Assembly: GCA_018700895.1 (NCBI GenBank) | Contig: JABIUV010000007.1 | Span: forward strand, 4,640-68,639 | Origin: Bacteroidota bacterium | Lineage (GTDB): Bacteria > Bacteroidota > Bacteroidia > NS11-12g > UBA9320 | Direction of reading: 5' to 3' | Length of the DNA stretch: 64,000 bases | Shown here: positions 1 through 8,911 of the stretch, in pieces | Position numbering within the stretch: the first letter of the stretch is position 1 | Layout of the letters: every line of letters begins with the position of its first letter | Position numbers and translations under genes: made by a program | Notes under the pieces: generated by a model | What the model was told of the DNA's origin: nothing | The model's database searches: none | What the model saw: only the letters and a program-made list of their open reading frames with translations

Positions 1-80
1 TTGAAAGTAGCCACCTGTGCTTGGGTATAGCTTAAGATGCCGAGCAATATGATGAGTAATGTAGGTCTCACGTGTATCAA
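1..80 (-). CDS. Partial CDS, 5' end only: secreted protein N-terminus (TTG start at 80, continues beyond the window start)
   Basis: Minus-strand translation from 80 downward gives MIHVRPTLLIILLGILSYTQAQVATF..., a typical n-region, hydrophobic core and AQ cleavage site of a signal peptide. The frame stays open to position 1. Confidence 0.3.
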   Translation of the reverse strand, partial: MIHVRPTLLIILLGILSYTQAQVATF

Positions 81-131
81 TAGTACAACGTACAAATCAA
101 CGAAATAGTTACCGTACATTCGTAGTTTATT

Positions 132-536
132 ATGCAAAGATTTATTTTAATTTTAGGGTTAGCCCTCTTTTGTAATTGCACCTGGGCTCAAAAAATAGAT
201 ACCCATCACCTAAATCCGGACAGTACAAACTACCCCAATGTATATGTGAAAAAAGTTGCAGAAGACTCTCTGCAAAGCACATTTGCAATATGGATAAAAG
301 GGACTGTGCAGCCACATTTCCACACCCAACATACGGAGTTTGTAGAGGTGCTATCAGGCAAAGCTAGAATGACCCTAAACGGCAAAACCTTTATCATACA
401 CAAACACGACAAAATCTTAATCCCGCGTGGCAGTGTACACTCTGTGACCAACTTGCATCACCGGCCACTAAAGGTTCTCTCTATCCAAGCCCCAAAATTT
501 GATGGAGATAGAGTTTGGATAAAACCTTTAACTTAG
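132..536 (+). CDS. Cupin-domain protein with an N-terminal signal peptide
   Basis: ORF track. Cupin-like motif region HFHTQHTEFVEVLSGKARMTLNGKTFIIHKHDKILIPRGSVHSV; signal peptide MQRFILILGLALFCNCTWA. Confidence 0.65.
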   Translation: MQRFILILGLALFCNCTWAQKIDTHHLNPDSTNYPNVYVKKVAEDSLQSTFAIWIKGTVQPHFHTQHTEFVEVLSGKARMTLNGKTFIIHKHDKILIPRGSVHSVTNLHHRPLKVLSIQAPKFDGDRVWIKPLT

Positions 537-540
537 TAAA

Positions 541-954
541 GTGACCAAGAACAATAAAATACTCCTCGGAATCGCTTCTATTATCCCTGTTATTGGTTTT
601 ATGATAGGTATGGGAACGTATGTAAGTTTCATATTTAGCATTATAGAATCAAGCAGTAATGGGGGGCAACCTCCTTTTTCAGACGACCCTACTGAGTTTC
701 TCAAGAGCATTATTCCAGCATTTGCTGCTATTGGTATTTCATCTATAGTCGGTATCGCTTTGTTTGTCTACTTCATCATAGCTGCCATAAAAGACAAAAG
801 TGCTAGCGAAAGTGACAAGGTGCTATGGGTACTCCTTTTAGTATTCCTTTCTTACCTGGTATTTCCTATATACTGGTTTGTGCGTATATGGTCTAATGAT
901 GATTTCTCTATGGAGAAAGTACCTGCGAGCGAATTGGATGAAATAGCAAGTTAG
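541..954 (+). CDS. Small integral membrane protein with a PLDc_N-like C-terminal motif
   Basis: Three to four predicted TM segments. The C-terminal KVLWVLLLVFLSYLVFPIYWFVRIW resembles the PLD-nuclease N-terminal (PLDc_N) small membrane domain. Confidence 0.45.
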   Translation: MTKNNKILLGIASIIPVIGFMIGMGTYVSFIFSIIESSSNGGQPPFSDDPTEFLKSIIPAFAAIGISSIVGIALFVYFIIAAIKDKSASESDKVLWVLLLVFLSYLVFPIYWFVRIWSNDDFSMEKVPASELDEIAS

Positions 955-1277
955 TATAAGCCGTTAATCGAGAATTGAAAGCATACCTAAATCCTTACAA
1001 TCCTCCAAAGTATTCTAATAACCATATAGCGAAGCACTATACTTGGTTTGAATGTTATTGATTTTATATGCGCCAAACGGGGGAGTCAATATGAGCTCTT
1101 GCTGCACTTGCATTCTTTTTTATCGGAGTATGACAATGTAAAAGCCTGCTTTAAATACAAGATTCCTTTTTACTCCATATTCAAACCGATTTGCTACATC
1201 AATCCATTGAAAAGTAGCGGTGTAGAAGTGGTGTTTTGGAATGCTCTAAAAATGAAAAATAGCCTTCCCCTGCTCGA

Positions 1278-1309
1278 CCAGAAAACCAGAAAACCAGAAA
1301 ACCAGAAAA
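1278..1309. repeat. Perfect tandem octamer repeat, (CCAGAAAA) x4
   Basis: Read directly at 1278-1309. It lies inside an about 500-bp stretch (955-1462) with no convincing gene, upstream of uvrC. Confidence 0.8.
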
Positions 1310-1462
1310 CTAATGGTAGAGATAACCTATCGTACGATAGATAAAGTAAATTTCGAACTATTGGATACTATGATACGGGAAGCCATATCAATAGACGCTG
1401 CACTCCATATTAAGAACCTACAGAAGTAGACCAAAATCTATTTTAGTCTTACCTTCGTATCC

Positions 1463-3265
1463 TTGGCCAAAACACCCGAAATAGCACCCATTAAAAGTAA
1501 GCTTAAGATACTTCCAGATGCTCCTGGCGTATACAAGTACTTTGACAAAAACGAAATACTCCTGTATATCGGCAAAGCCAAAAGTCTGAAAAAGCGAGTA
1601 AGTTCTTATTTCAATAAAAATCACTATGAAAACCGCAAAACGAAGGTGCTGGTGAGTAAGATTTGGGATGTAAACGTAACTGTAGTTCCCACTGAGATGG
1701 ATGCACTATTGCTGGAGAATAGCCTTATCAAAGAGTTTCAACCCAAGTACAACATCAATCTCAAGGATGACAAAACCTTTCCGGTCATAATGATTACCAA
1801 GGAGCGTTTCCCCAAGGTATATCCCGTGCGTAATCCCAAAAAAGGTGCAGGAACTTATTTCGGTCCATACGCCAATGTTCGGCTTATGAAAATTGTACTA
1901 GAGCTCTGCAAAAAGATATACCCTACGCGTAATTGCTCTTATAATCTTTCGCAAAAAAACATAGATGCAAACAAGTTTAAAGTATGCTTAGAGTATCAAA
2001 TAGGCAATTGCCGAGGAGCCTGTGAAGGGCTAGAAACTGAGGATGAATACAAGGAGAGTATTAATGGTATTAAAAATATACTTCGTGGACACCTGAAGGA
2101 AGTAAAGGACCACTTCAAGTACAAAATGGGACGAGCGGCAGCCGATTGGCAGTTTGAAGAAGCTGAAAAGTACAAGCAGAAACTTGAAATCATAGACAAA
2201 TACCAAACGCGGAGTACCGTGGTAAATACTCGCATAAATGACGTAGATGTAATAAATATTGCTCAAAATGAGCGGTATGCTTATGTGAACTATCTACGTA
2301 TTTCGGGAGGTATTATCATCCAATCTAAAAATATTGAGATAAAGAAAAAGATGGATGAGACTACCGAGGAGTTGCTAGAGATAGCCTATGGTGAAATTAG
2401 CAATTTCAATGCTGAGATAGAAACAGAAGAAATAATTGTCCCTACTCCATTGTCACTGGAAGCCAACTTCATAGTACCCGTAAGCGGGGATAAGAAAAAA
2501 CTACTGCTTCTGAGCTTTAAAAACGCTCAGTTTTATATGCTGGAGAAGACCAACCAGTACGAAAAAATAGACCCAGACCTGCGTGTAGAACGCCTCCTGA
2601 CTACGATTAAAAAAGACCTTCGTCTCAAAGACCTACCGGTGCACATGGAGTGCTTTGACAATTCTAACATACAAGGAGCTTACCCAGTAAGTGCCTGCGT
2701 AGTGTTCAGAAACGGCAAGCCAAGCAAAAAAGACTACCGCCACTTTAATATAAAGACGGTGGAAGGACCAGACGATTTTGCGAGTATGTACGAGGCACTT
2801 ACTCGCAGATACACGCGAATGCTGGAAGAACGAAAACCGCTACCGCAGCTCATCGTGATAGACGGCGGGAAAGGGCAACTCAGCAGCTCCGTAAAAGCCC
2901 TTAAAGATGTGGGTATTTATGGCAAAGTAGCCATAGTAGGTATTGCCAAGCGGCTAGAGGAGATATATTATCCAGGAGACAGTATGCCGCTATATATTGA
3001 CAAAAAATCGGAAAGTCTGAAGGTAATACAACATATGAGAGATGAGGCCCACCGATTTGGCATAACCCATCATCGCAATAGAAGAAGCAAAGGTACAATT
3101 GTGAGCAAGCTTACTGAAATAAAAGGCATAGGAGACGAAACTGCAACAGAGTTGCTCAAAACCTTCAAATCCGTAGCTCGCATCAAAAAAACAAGCTTAG
3201 ATGACTTAGCAACCGTAGTAGGTCCAGCCAAAGCTAAATTAGTATTAGACTATTTTGCAACATAA
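1463..3265 (+). CDS. uvrC: Excinuclease ABC subunit C (UvrC), TTG start
   Basis: GIY-YIG motif GVYKYFDKNEILLYIGKAKSLKKRVSSYF at the N-terminus. About 600 aa with a C-terminal HhH region (IKGIGDETATELLKTF). The ORF is bounded by an in-frame TAG about 30 nt upstream. Confidence 0.9.
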   Translation: MAKTPEIAPIKSKLKILPDAPGVYKYFDKNEILLYIGKAKSLKKRVSSYFNKNHYENRKTKVLVSKIWDVNVTVVPTEMDALLLENSLIKEFQPKYNINLKDDKTFPVIMITKERFPKVYPVRNPKKGAGTYFGPYANVRLMKIVLELCKKIYPTRNCSYNLSQKNIDANKFKVCLEYQIGNCRGACEGLETEDEYKESINGIKNILRGHLKEVKDHFKYKMGRAAADWQFEEAEKYKQKLEIIDKYQTRSTVVNTRINDVDVINIAQNERYAYVNYLRISGGIIIQSKNIEIKKKMDETTEELLEIAYGEISNFNAEIETEEIIVPTPLSLEANFIVPVSGDKKKLLLLSFKNAQFYMLEKTNQYEKIDPDLRVERLLTTIKKDLRLKDLPVHMECFDNSNIQGAYPVSACVVFRNGKPSKKDYRHFNIKTVEGPDDFASMYEALTRRYTRMLEERKPLPQLIVIDGGKGQLSSSVKALKDVGIYGKVAIVGIAKRLEEIYYPGDSMPLYIDKKSESLKVIQHMRDEAHRFGITHHRNRRSKGTIVSKLTEIKGIGDETATELLKTFKSVARIKKTSLDDLATVVGPAKAKLVLDYFAT

Positions 3266-4517
3266 AATCACCCAATATATAGAATCCGAAGGGTTAGAAG
3301 CACTCAAACAATTATGCTACCAGCATACCACAGAATATGAATATGCGTGCGTACTAGATAGCTGCCAGCTCAATACGGGTGTACACGGCGGAAAGTACGA
3401 GCTAATGGCTGCTTATGGGGCCCTTAATACCTATCGAACTACAGTGGAATTAGACAACGCCATTGGTCAAAAAAAATGGTTGTTTGGAGCATTAGGCTAT
3501 GACCTCAAAAATGAATTTGAAAAACTTAAGAGTAATAACACACCGCTAATAGAAACACCAGATTTGTTATTTTTCGAACCACAGTCTTTAATAGTCTTAC
3601 TTAAAAATGGAGAAGTACGGATATATGGTAAGCCACTTAACGATTCATTTTGGGCAGAAAAACCATTAACCGAACACGAAGCAGTAAGTGAAAACTTGTC
3701 ACCAAGCTCAGAAGCAGAATACATCGACAACATAAATGCCATCCATCAGCTTATCCGCCAAGGAGACGTATATGAACTCAACTACTGTGTACCTCACACT
3801 CACACTTTTGAGCGGTTTTCGCCCATTCGTTTTCAACTAGATCTTGTAAAAAAATCACCGGTACCTATGGCCTCATATCTGCGAGCGGGTCACTTACACT
3901 TATGCGGTGCAAGTATGGAGCGTTATTTACTTAAGGACGGTAGCACACTTACCAGTCAACCGATAAAAGGTACAATACGTAAGGGGAGCACACCACAAGA
4001 AGATCAAAATCTAATTGCCGAATTGGAACAATCTGAAAAAGATAGATCTGAAAATGTAATGATAGTGGATCTTGTTCGCAATGATTTGAACAGGATATGT
4101 GAGCGTGGCAGTGTACAAGTCACTGAGTTGTTCGGGATATATAGCTACCTACAAGTTCACCAGATGATATCTACCATTACAGGCCATTTAGCCCAAGATA
4201 TTACCTTCAAAAATATACTAAAAGCTACTTTCCCTATGGGCAGTATGACCGGAGCACCCAAAATAGCTGCTATGCAACACATCGAAATTTTAGAAAATTT
4301 CAAACGAGGATGGTATAGCGGAAGTCTCGGCTACATTACTCCAGGATTCAACTTCGATTTTAATGTGGTAATACGCAGTGTACTATGTGATATGAATTCT
4401 AAAACATTAAACTATAACGCAGGTGGTGCAATAACCATAGACTCTGACCCAAATAGTGAATGGGATGAAGTTAAACTGAAAACAAAGGCAATATCTCAGG
4501 TATTAGGTTTTACCTAG
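3255..4517 (+). CDS. pabB: Chorismate-binding enzyme, aminodeoxychorismate/anthranilate synthase component I family (PabB-like by length)
   Basis: C-terminal chorismate-binding signature SMTGAPKIAAMQHIEILE...RGWYSGSLGY. At 420 aa it is shorter than a typical TrpE. Overlaps the uvrC stop by 11 nt. Confidence 0.75.
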   Translation: MQHKITQYIESEGLEALKQLCYQHTTEYEYACVLDSCQLNTGVHGGKYELMAAYGALNTYRTTVELDNAIGQKKWLFGALGYDLKNEFEKLKSNNTPLIETPDLLFFEPQSLIVLLKNGEVRIYGKPLNDSFWAEKPLTEHEAVSENLSPSSEAEYIDNINAIHQLIRQGDVYELNYCVPHTHTFERFSPIRFQLDLVKKSPVPMASYLRAGHLHLCGASMERYLLKDGSTLTSQPIKGTIRKGSTPQEDQNLIAELEQSEKDRSENVMIVDLVRNDLNRICERGSVQVTELFGIYSYLQVHQMISTITGHLAQDITFKNILKATFPMGSMTGAPKIAAMQHIEILENFKRGWYSGSLGYITPGFNFDFNVVIRSVLCDMNSKTLNYNAGGAITIDSDPNSEWDEVKLKTKAISQVLGFT

Positions 4518-4688
4518 GCACAGACAAACTCTCGCTACCCTCTATGAGTATAGCTTGAAGATGTTCTGGTTTGAAGGGCTTGCTTAAGAAACCATGCCTG
4601 TATTAGATATTGATCTTTACTTATTTCGGTAGATTGCTCTATACTTTTAAAGCTAAACTGTAAATTTGTACACTCAACGTATACTAAC

Positions 4689-5645
4689 ATGAATCACAAC
4701 ATTCGCTCACTCAACCTAAATGATTTTAAAAACGGAAATCCAGCTGCAAAACAGCAATTTGTTCAAGATTTAGGAGATGCATACGAAAAAATTGGTTTCG
4801 TAGCAATTTACAACCACGAGTTGAGCGATGACCTTACAGAAAACTTATACAAGTATACCAAGGAGTTTTACGCATTGCCGCTAGAGACTAAGATGAACTA
4901 TCACGTAGAAGGAATAGCAGGGCAACGCGGCTTCACCTCGTGGGGAACAGAGCATAGTAAAGATAGTAAAGTGGGCGACCTAAAGGAGTTTTACCATTTT
5001 GGTCAAACTATTCCTGCGGAGCTTCAGGATACTTATGACTATCACAAAAATATAATGGTAGATGAGGTACCTAGGTTCAATGAATATGGACTAAAAGCAT
5101 ACGCTGCTCTTCAAGAGACAGGCAAGTATATGCTTCGAGCTATTGCTCTTTATCTTGATTTGGATGAAACTTATTTTGACAACTACATAGCTTATGGAAA
5201 TAGCATTCTCCGCCCCATCCACTATGGGCCAATAGTAGATGCTCCCATTAACGCCGTACGAGCAGGTCAGCACGAAGATATAAACCTTATAACATTACTC
5301 ATGGGTGCCAGTGCAGCTGGGTTAGAAGTACTCGATAAACAAAACAACTGGATACCTATCACGGCATTGCCTAATCAGCTTGTAGTAAACGTTGGAGATA
5401 TGTTGCAACGCCTTACCAATAATAAGTTGCGAAGTACTACTCATCGCGTAGTTAATCCGCCAAAAGAGGAATGGGGGACTACCCGATTTTCTATTCCCTT
5501 CTTTCTTCATCCTGTGTCAGAAATGCGACTAGACTGCTTAGAAAGCTGTATTACAGAAGAAAACCCGAAGGCTTACGATGATATTTCGGCAGGAGAATTC
5601 CTCACCCAGCGATTGATAGAAATAGGCTTATTAGAGAAAAAGTAA
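4689..5645 (+). CDS. 2OG-Fe(II) oxygenase superfamily protein (isopenicillin-N-synthase-like)
   Basis: Non-haem iron oxygenase architecture with the His-x-Asp...His triad region (GQHEDINLITLL ... TTHRV). Confidence 0.65.
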   Translation: MNHNIRSLNLNDFKNGNPAAKQQFVQDLGDAYEKIGFVAIYNHELSDDLTENLYKYTKEFYALPLETKMNYHVEGIAGQRGFTSWGTEHSKDSKVGDLKEFYHFGQTIPAELQDTYDYHKNIMVDEVPRFNEYGLKAYAALQETGKYMLRAIALYLDLDETYFDNYIAYGNSILRPIHYGPIVDAPINAVRAGQHEDINLITLLMGASAAGLEVLDKQNNWIPITALPNQLVVNVGDMLQRLTNNKLRSTTHRVVNPPKEEWGTTRFSIPFFLHPVSEMRLDCLESCITEENPKAYDDISAGEFLTQRLIEIGLLEKK

Positions 5646-5666
5646 ACGTATTACCACAATAAGTCT

Positions 5667-6050
5667 ATGCCGCACTTTTCGTTTAATCACGTAGCTCTCT
5701 CAGTCAAAAATGTAGACGAGTCTGCTGCTTTTTATCAAAAGGTACTACAACTGCAAAAAATAGAAAATACCGCATCTAACTCCAAAACACGATGGCTATC
5801 GCTCAACGAAGGCAAGCAACTTCATCTTATTCCTCGACCAGACTTTGAAATCAAGGTAAACAAGGCCGTTCACTTTGCATTGGCCACAACAGACTTTGAT
5901 GAGGTTACAAATACACTCTTGAAACTAAATATAGAGTACTCTGACTGGCCAGGAACTCCCAACAAAAACTATGTGCGTAAAGACGGTGTAAAGCAACTCT
6001 ACTTTCAGGATCCTGATGGATACTGGATAGAGATAAATAATGACGTTTGA
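5667..6050 (+). CDS. VOC/glyoxalase-family protein
   Basis: 127-aa single VOC fold (HVALSVKNVDESAAFYQKVL... YFQDPDGYWIEI). Confidence 0.65.
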   Translation: MPHFSFNHVALSVKNVDESAAFYQKVLQLQKIENTASNSKTRWLSLNEGKQLHLIPRPDFEIKVNKAVHFALATTDFDEVTNTLLKLNIEYSDWPGTPNKNYVRKDGVKQLYFQDPDGYWIEINNDV

Positions 6051-6091
6051 TTTTCTTGTAAACTTATTGTAGAAAATTTTAAAACTGATAA

Positions 6092-6817
6092 TTACCCAGC
6101 AATCATCCCCACAAACTCCTGCATCCCTTCGCTCCCACGTTTTTGTATATGGACAACATCATTAGGCACTGTGAGTTTAGACGTAACCTCGTTGGGATCT
6201 ATTACAAAAACAGGCACATCTAAAGGAGCAAAATTTACCAACCCTGCTGCTGGATATACTTCTAAACTGGTTCCGATAACCAGCACCATATCTGCCTGAG
6301 CTACGTGCATAGCTGCCTTTGTAATAAGCGGCACATCCTCCCCAAACCATACTATAAATGGTCGCAACTGATGGCCGTCGGGACATTTATCACCAAGTGC
6401 TATATCATCAAAACCAATATCACTTACGTGCTTTTTGCCTACCGAGCTACACGCTTTGGTTATTTCGCCGTGCAGGTGAAGTACATCTTTACTCCCCGCT
6501 TGCTCGTGAAGGTTATCTATGTTCTGGGTGATGATTTTCACGTCTAAGGTCTCCTGAAGTTCTGCCAATAGGAGATGTGCCTCATTAGGTAGCACCGACG
6601 CTATATCTCTACGTCTCTCATTATAAAACCTCAAAACGAGATCTTTGTCCTTACTCCATGCCTCGGGAGTGGCAACATCTCGTACATCGTAACCTTCCCA
6701 CAATCCTCCTGCTCCTCTGAAGGTATTGATACCGCTCTCCGCACTTACCCCCGCTCCGCTAAGTACCACCAACTTTAATTTCTTTACTGACTTCTTTTCA
6801 AGTTCCTTTGCACACAT
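6092..6817 (-). CDS. cobB: NAD-dependent protein deacylase (Sir2 family)
   Basis: Sir2 Rossmann motif GAGVSAESGINTFRGAGGLWE, plus a CPDG...zinc ribbon region and the FGE motif. Confidence 0.85.
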   Translation of the reverse strand: MCAKELEKKSVKKLKLVVLSGAGVSAESGINTFRGAGGLWEGYDVRDVATPEAWSKDKDLVLRFYNERRRDIASVLPNEAHLLLAELQETLDVKIITQNIDNLHEQAGSKDVLHLHGEITKACSSVGKKHVSDIGFDDIALGDKCPDGHQLRPFIVWFGEDVPLITKAAMHVAQADMVLVIGTSLEVYPAAGLVNFAPLDVPVFVIDPNEVTSKLTVPNDVVHIQKRGSEGMQEFVGMIAG

Positions 6818-6830
6818 AACACGCCCTACA

Positions 6831-8174
6831 TTGAATAATTACCTCAAAGATATAATCAGAATTAGTTGGCCCATTATTATAGGACAACTAGGCATGGTCT
6901 TTACCGGATTTTTTGATACCCTAATGGTGGGAAAACTCGGGTACGAGTCACTCGCAGCAGCGGGAATATGCAACAGTGTATTCTTTTTCGTCAGCGTATT
7001 CCCTATTGGTGTGGCAATGGCGTACGCTACCATAGTAGGCATTCTTCAAGGTAAAGACAAAACTTCTAGCTATCGCCTTTTGGCACGCGATAGTTTTATA
7101 ACGACTATTGGTTTATCTGTATTAGCGAGTGGAGTTATTTATTACTTTGTCACTCACTTTTCTATTTTGGACCAAACACCAGCGGTAGAAGCACTTGCTA
7201 TACCCTATATGACCTTGCTTATGTGGTCCCTGCTTCCTATGATGGTATTCTTTTTTGCTAAAAATCTGTGTGACGGTTTTAGCTATACCATAGGCGGTAT
7301 GGTGATTACATTAGCAGCCTTAGTACTCAATGTATTTCTCAACTGGGTCTTCATATACGGCCATCTAGGTTTTGAAGCCTACGGGTTGAATGGTGCTGGT
7401 TATGCTACCATTATTTCACGTGTATTCTTAGCTGTAAGTATGATGCTTATATTGTTTTACTCCAAGCGTATTCCTATTATTTGGAGTCAGTTTATTGGTT
7501 CTTTTCGTGAGTCTACCCGGATATCTTTTTACCAAAGAATATTTGCCATAGGCTTTCCTTCCGGATTACAATACTTCTTTGAAGTAGCTGCATTTGCAGG
7601 AGCTGCAGTAATGGCGGGATGGCTTGGAGCTCAAGAACTAGCTGCTCATAATCTTGCTATAACGCTCGCATCTGTTACGTACATGTTTGCCGGGGGAATA
7701 TCTGCTGGCAGTAGTATTTGTGTGGCTAGGGCCTATGGCAAAAACAACACGCAAAACGTAAAAGCCTATGGTGTGAATGGACTAAAAATTGGATTCGTAG
7801 TAACCGTACTTTTCGCAATTATATTTTATCTTTTTAACAACCCTCTTGCCGCACTATTTACTGATGAGCCTGCCGTACTACAAATAGGGGCAGAGTTGCT
7901 CTTCATAGCCGCTGTTTTCCAATTAAGTGATGGCATACAGGCCATAAGTGTAGGCATACTCCGTGGCATAGAGGATGTAGCCATGCCAAGTGCTCTTATT
8001 TTCATTGCCTATTGGATAATTGCTATGCCCATTGGTTATTATTTATCGCATTATAGCTCGGTAGATGCTCTCTATCACGGGGTAAATGGCATCTGGATTG
8101 GTCTATGTATCGGGCTTACTATCTCTGCAGCATTTCTTTCCTATCGTTTTTATTATTTACTTCGTAACCAATGA
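6831..8174 (+). CDS. MATE-family multidrug efflux transporter; start re-called at TTG 6831
   Basis: Twelve TM helices with MATE N-terminal consensus (ISWPIIIGQLGMVFTGFFDTLMVGKLG). The ORF-track start at 6726 would overlap cobB by 90 nt. An in-frame TTG at 6831 gives a standard MATE N-terminus. Confidence 0.75.
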   Translation: MNNYLKDIIRISWPIIIGQLGMVFTGFFDTLMVGKLGYESLAAAGICNSVFFFVSVFPIGVAMAYATIVGILQGKDKTSSYRLLARDSFITTIGLSVLASGVIYYFVTHFSILDQTPAVEALAIPYMTLLMWSLLPMMVFFFAKNLCDGFSYTIGGMVITLAALVLNVFLNWVFIYGHLGFEAYGLNGAGYATIISRVFLAVSMMLILFYSKRIPIIWSQFIGSFRESTRISFYQRIFAIGFPSGLQYFFEVAAFAGAAVMAGWLGAQELAAHNLAITLASVTYMFAGGISAGSSICVARAYGKNNTQNVKAYGVNGLKIGFVVTVLFAIIFYLFNNPLAALFTDEPAVLQIGAELLFIAAVFQLSDGIQAISVGILRGIEDVAMPSALIFIAYWIIAMPIGYYLSHYSSVDALYHGVNGIWIGLCIGLTISAAFLSYRFYYLLRNQ

Positions 8175-8902
8175 GAATACTAATATCAAACCTCTTAATC
8201 GCCTTATCCTATTTGGGTTATAGCCAACTCAGCATTAGTCTATTGGCAGAGCCAACACTTAATATTACCACCTTAGGTACAGAGCCCAAAGCTTTTGTTG
8301 ATTCCTTTAACAATATTAAATCTGCCGATTATACCTTGGCAGTCGGTTTTGAACTCAGAAAACAAATAGACCGCTATCAGTCTATTGCCATAATTCCTGG
8401 TTTTTATCAAACCAATGTGCTTACTACATTACGGGATCTTCAATTTTTGGATATTGTTCACCCAGAATTACCTGAAATACGTGACCTCGCATTTGCTGCA
8501 AGTAAAGTGGCAGAGGTCCGATATCGTCAACAATACATCGGCTCACAGTTTCTGTACAATAAAAAGCTACAAATCAAAGGGTTAAACTCTAAAGTAGCCC
8601 TAGAAATAGGCGGAGGACTAGGGACTTATTTCTTGGTAAATCAAGATGCCAAAGTAACCACCGAAGGATTCAGCATACAAGAATCTAGCAAGCATATCAT
8701 AAAAGAGGATATAGGAGTTACGAGTAAGCCCTTTTTGCTGCAAGCTATAGCTGCTGCTGATGTGAATGTAGAAATATTGCCATTGACGAGCGTAGTAGCA
8801 GGTATAAAATTAGCCGCCCCATTTATGTTGACTACATCATCATTGCCCAGTATGACCATCTGGACACCAGCACTTCGCTTTGGAATTAGAAGGGAAATCT
8901 AA
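8171..8902 (+). CDS. Hypothetical secreted or outer-membrane protein
   Basis: Signal-like N-terminus MRILISNLLIALSYLGYSQ. Alternating amphipathic beta-like segments. 4-nt ATGA overlap with the MATE gene suggests co-transcription. No recognisable family. Confidence 0.45.
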   Translation: MRILISNLLIALSYLGYSQLSISLLAEPTLNITTLGTEPKAFVDSFNNIKSADYTLAVGFELRKQIDRYQSIAIIPGFYQTNVLTTLRDLQFLDIVHPELPEIRDLAFAASKVAEVRYRQQYIGSQFLYNKKLQIKGLNSKVALEIGGGLGTYFLVNQDAKVTTEGFSIQESSKHIIKEDIGVTSKPFLLQAIAAADVNVEILPLTSVVAGIKLAAPFMLTTSSLPSMTIWTPALRFGIRREI

Positions 8903-8911
8903 CCATATAAG

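Noticed and set aside
1278-1309. Tandem octamer repeat as a possible CRISPR array
   Set aside because: The units are contiguous with no spacers, there are only 32 bp in total, and no cas genes are present. It is a microsatellite, not a CRISPR array.
1048-1344. 98-aa ORF upstream of uvrC
   Set aside because: It has no family resemblance, a composition typical of AT-rich non-coding DNA, and runs through the (CCAGAAAA)4 microsatellite. Treated as non-coding.
6726-6830. ORF-track N-terminal extension of the MATE transporter overlapping cobB
   Set aside because: The extension has no MATE-like sequence and would overlap the convergent cobB 3' end by 90 nt. An in-frame TTG at 6831 gives a canonical MATE N-terminus.
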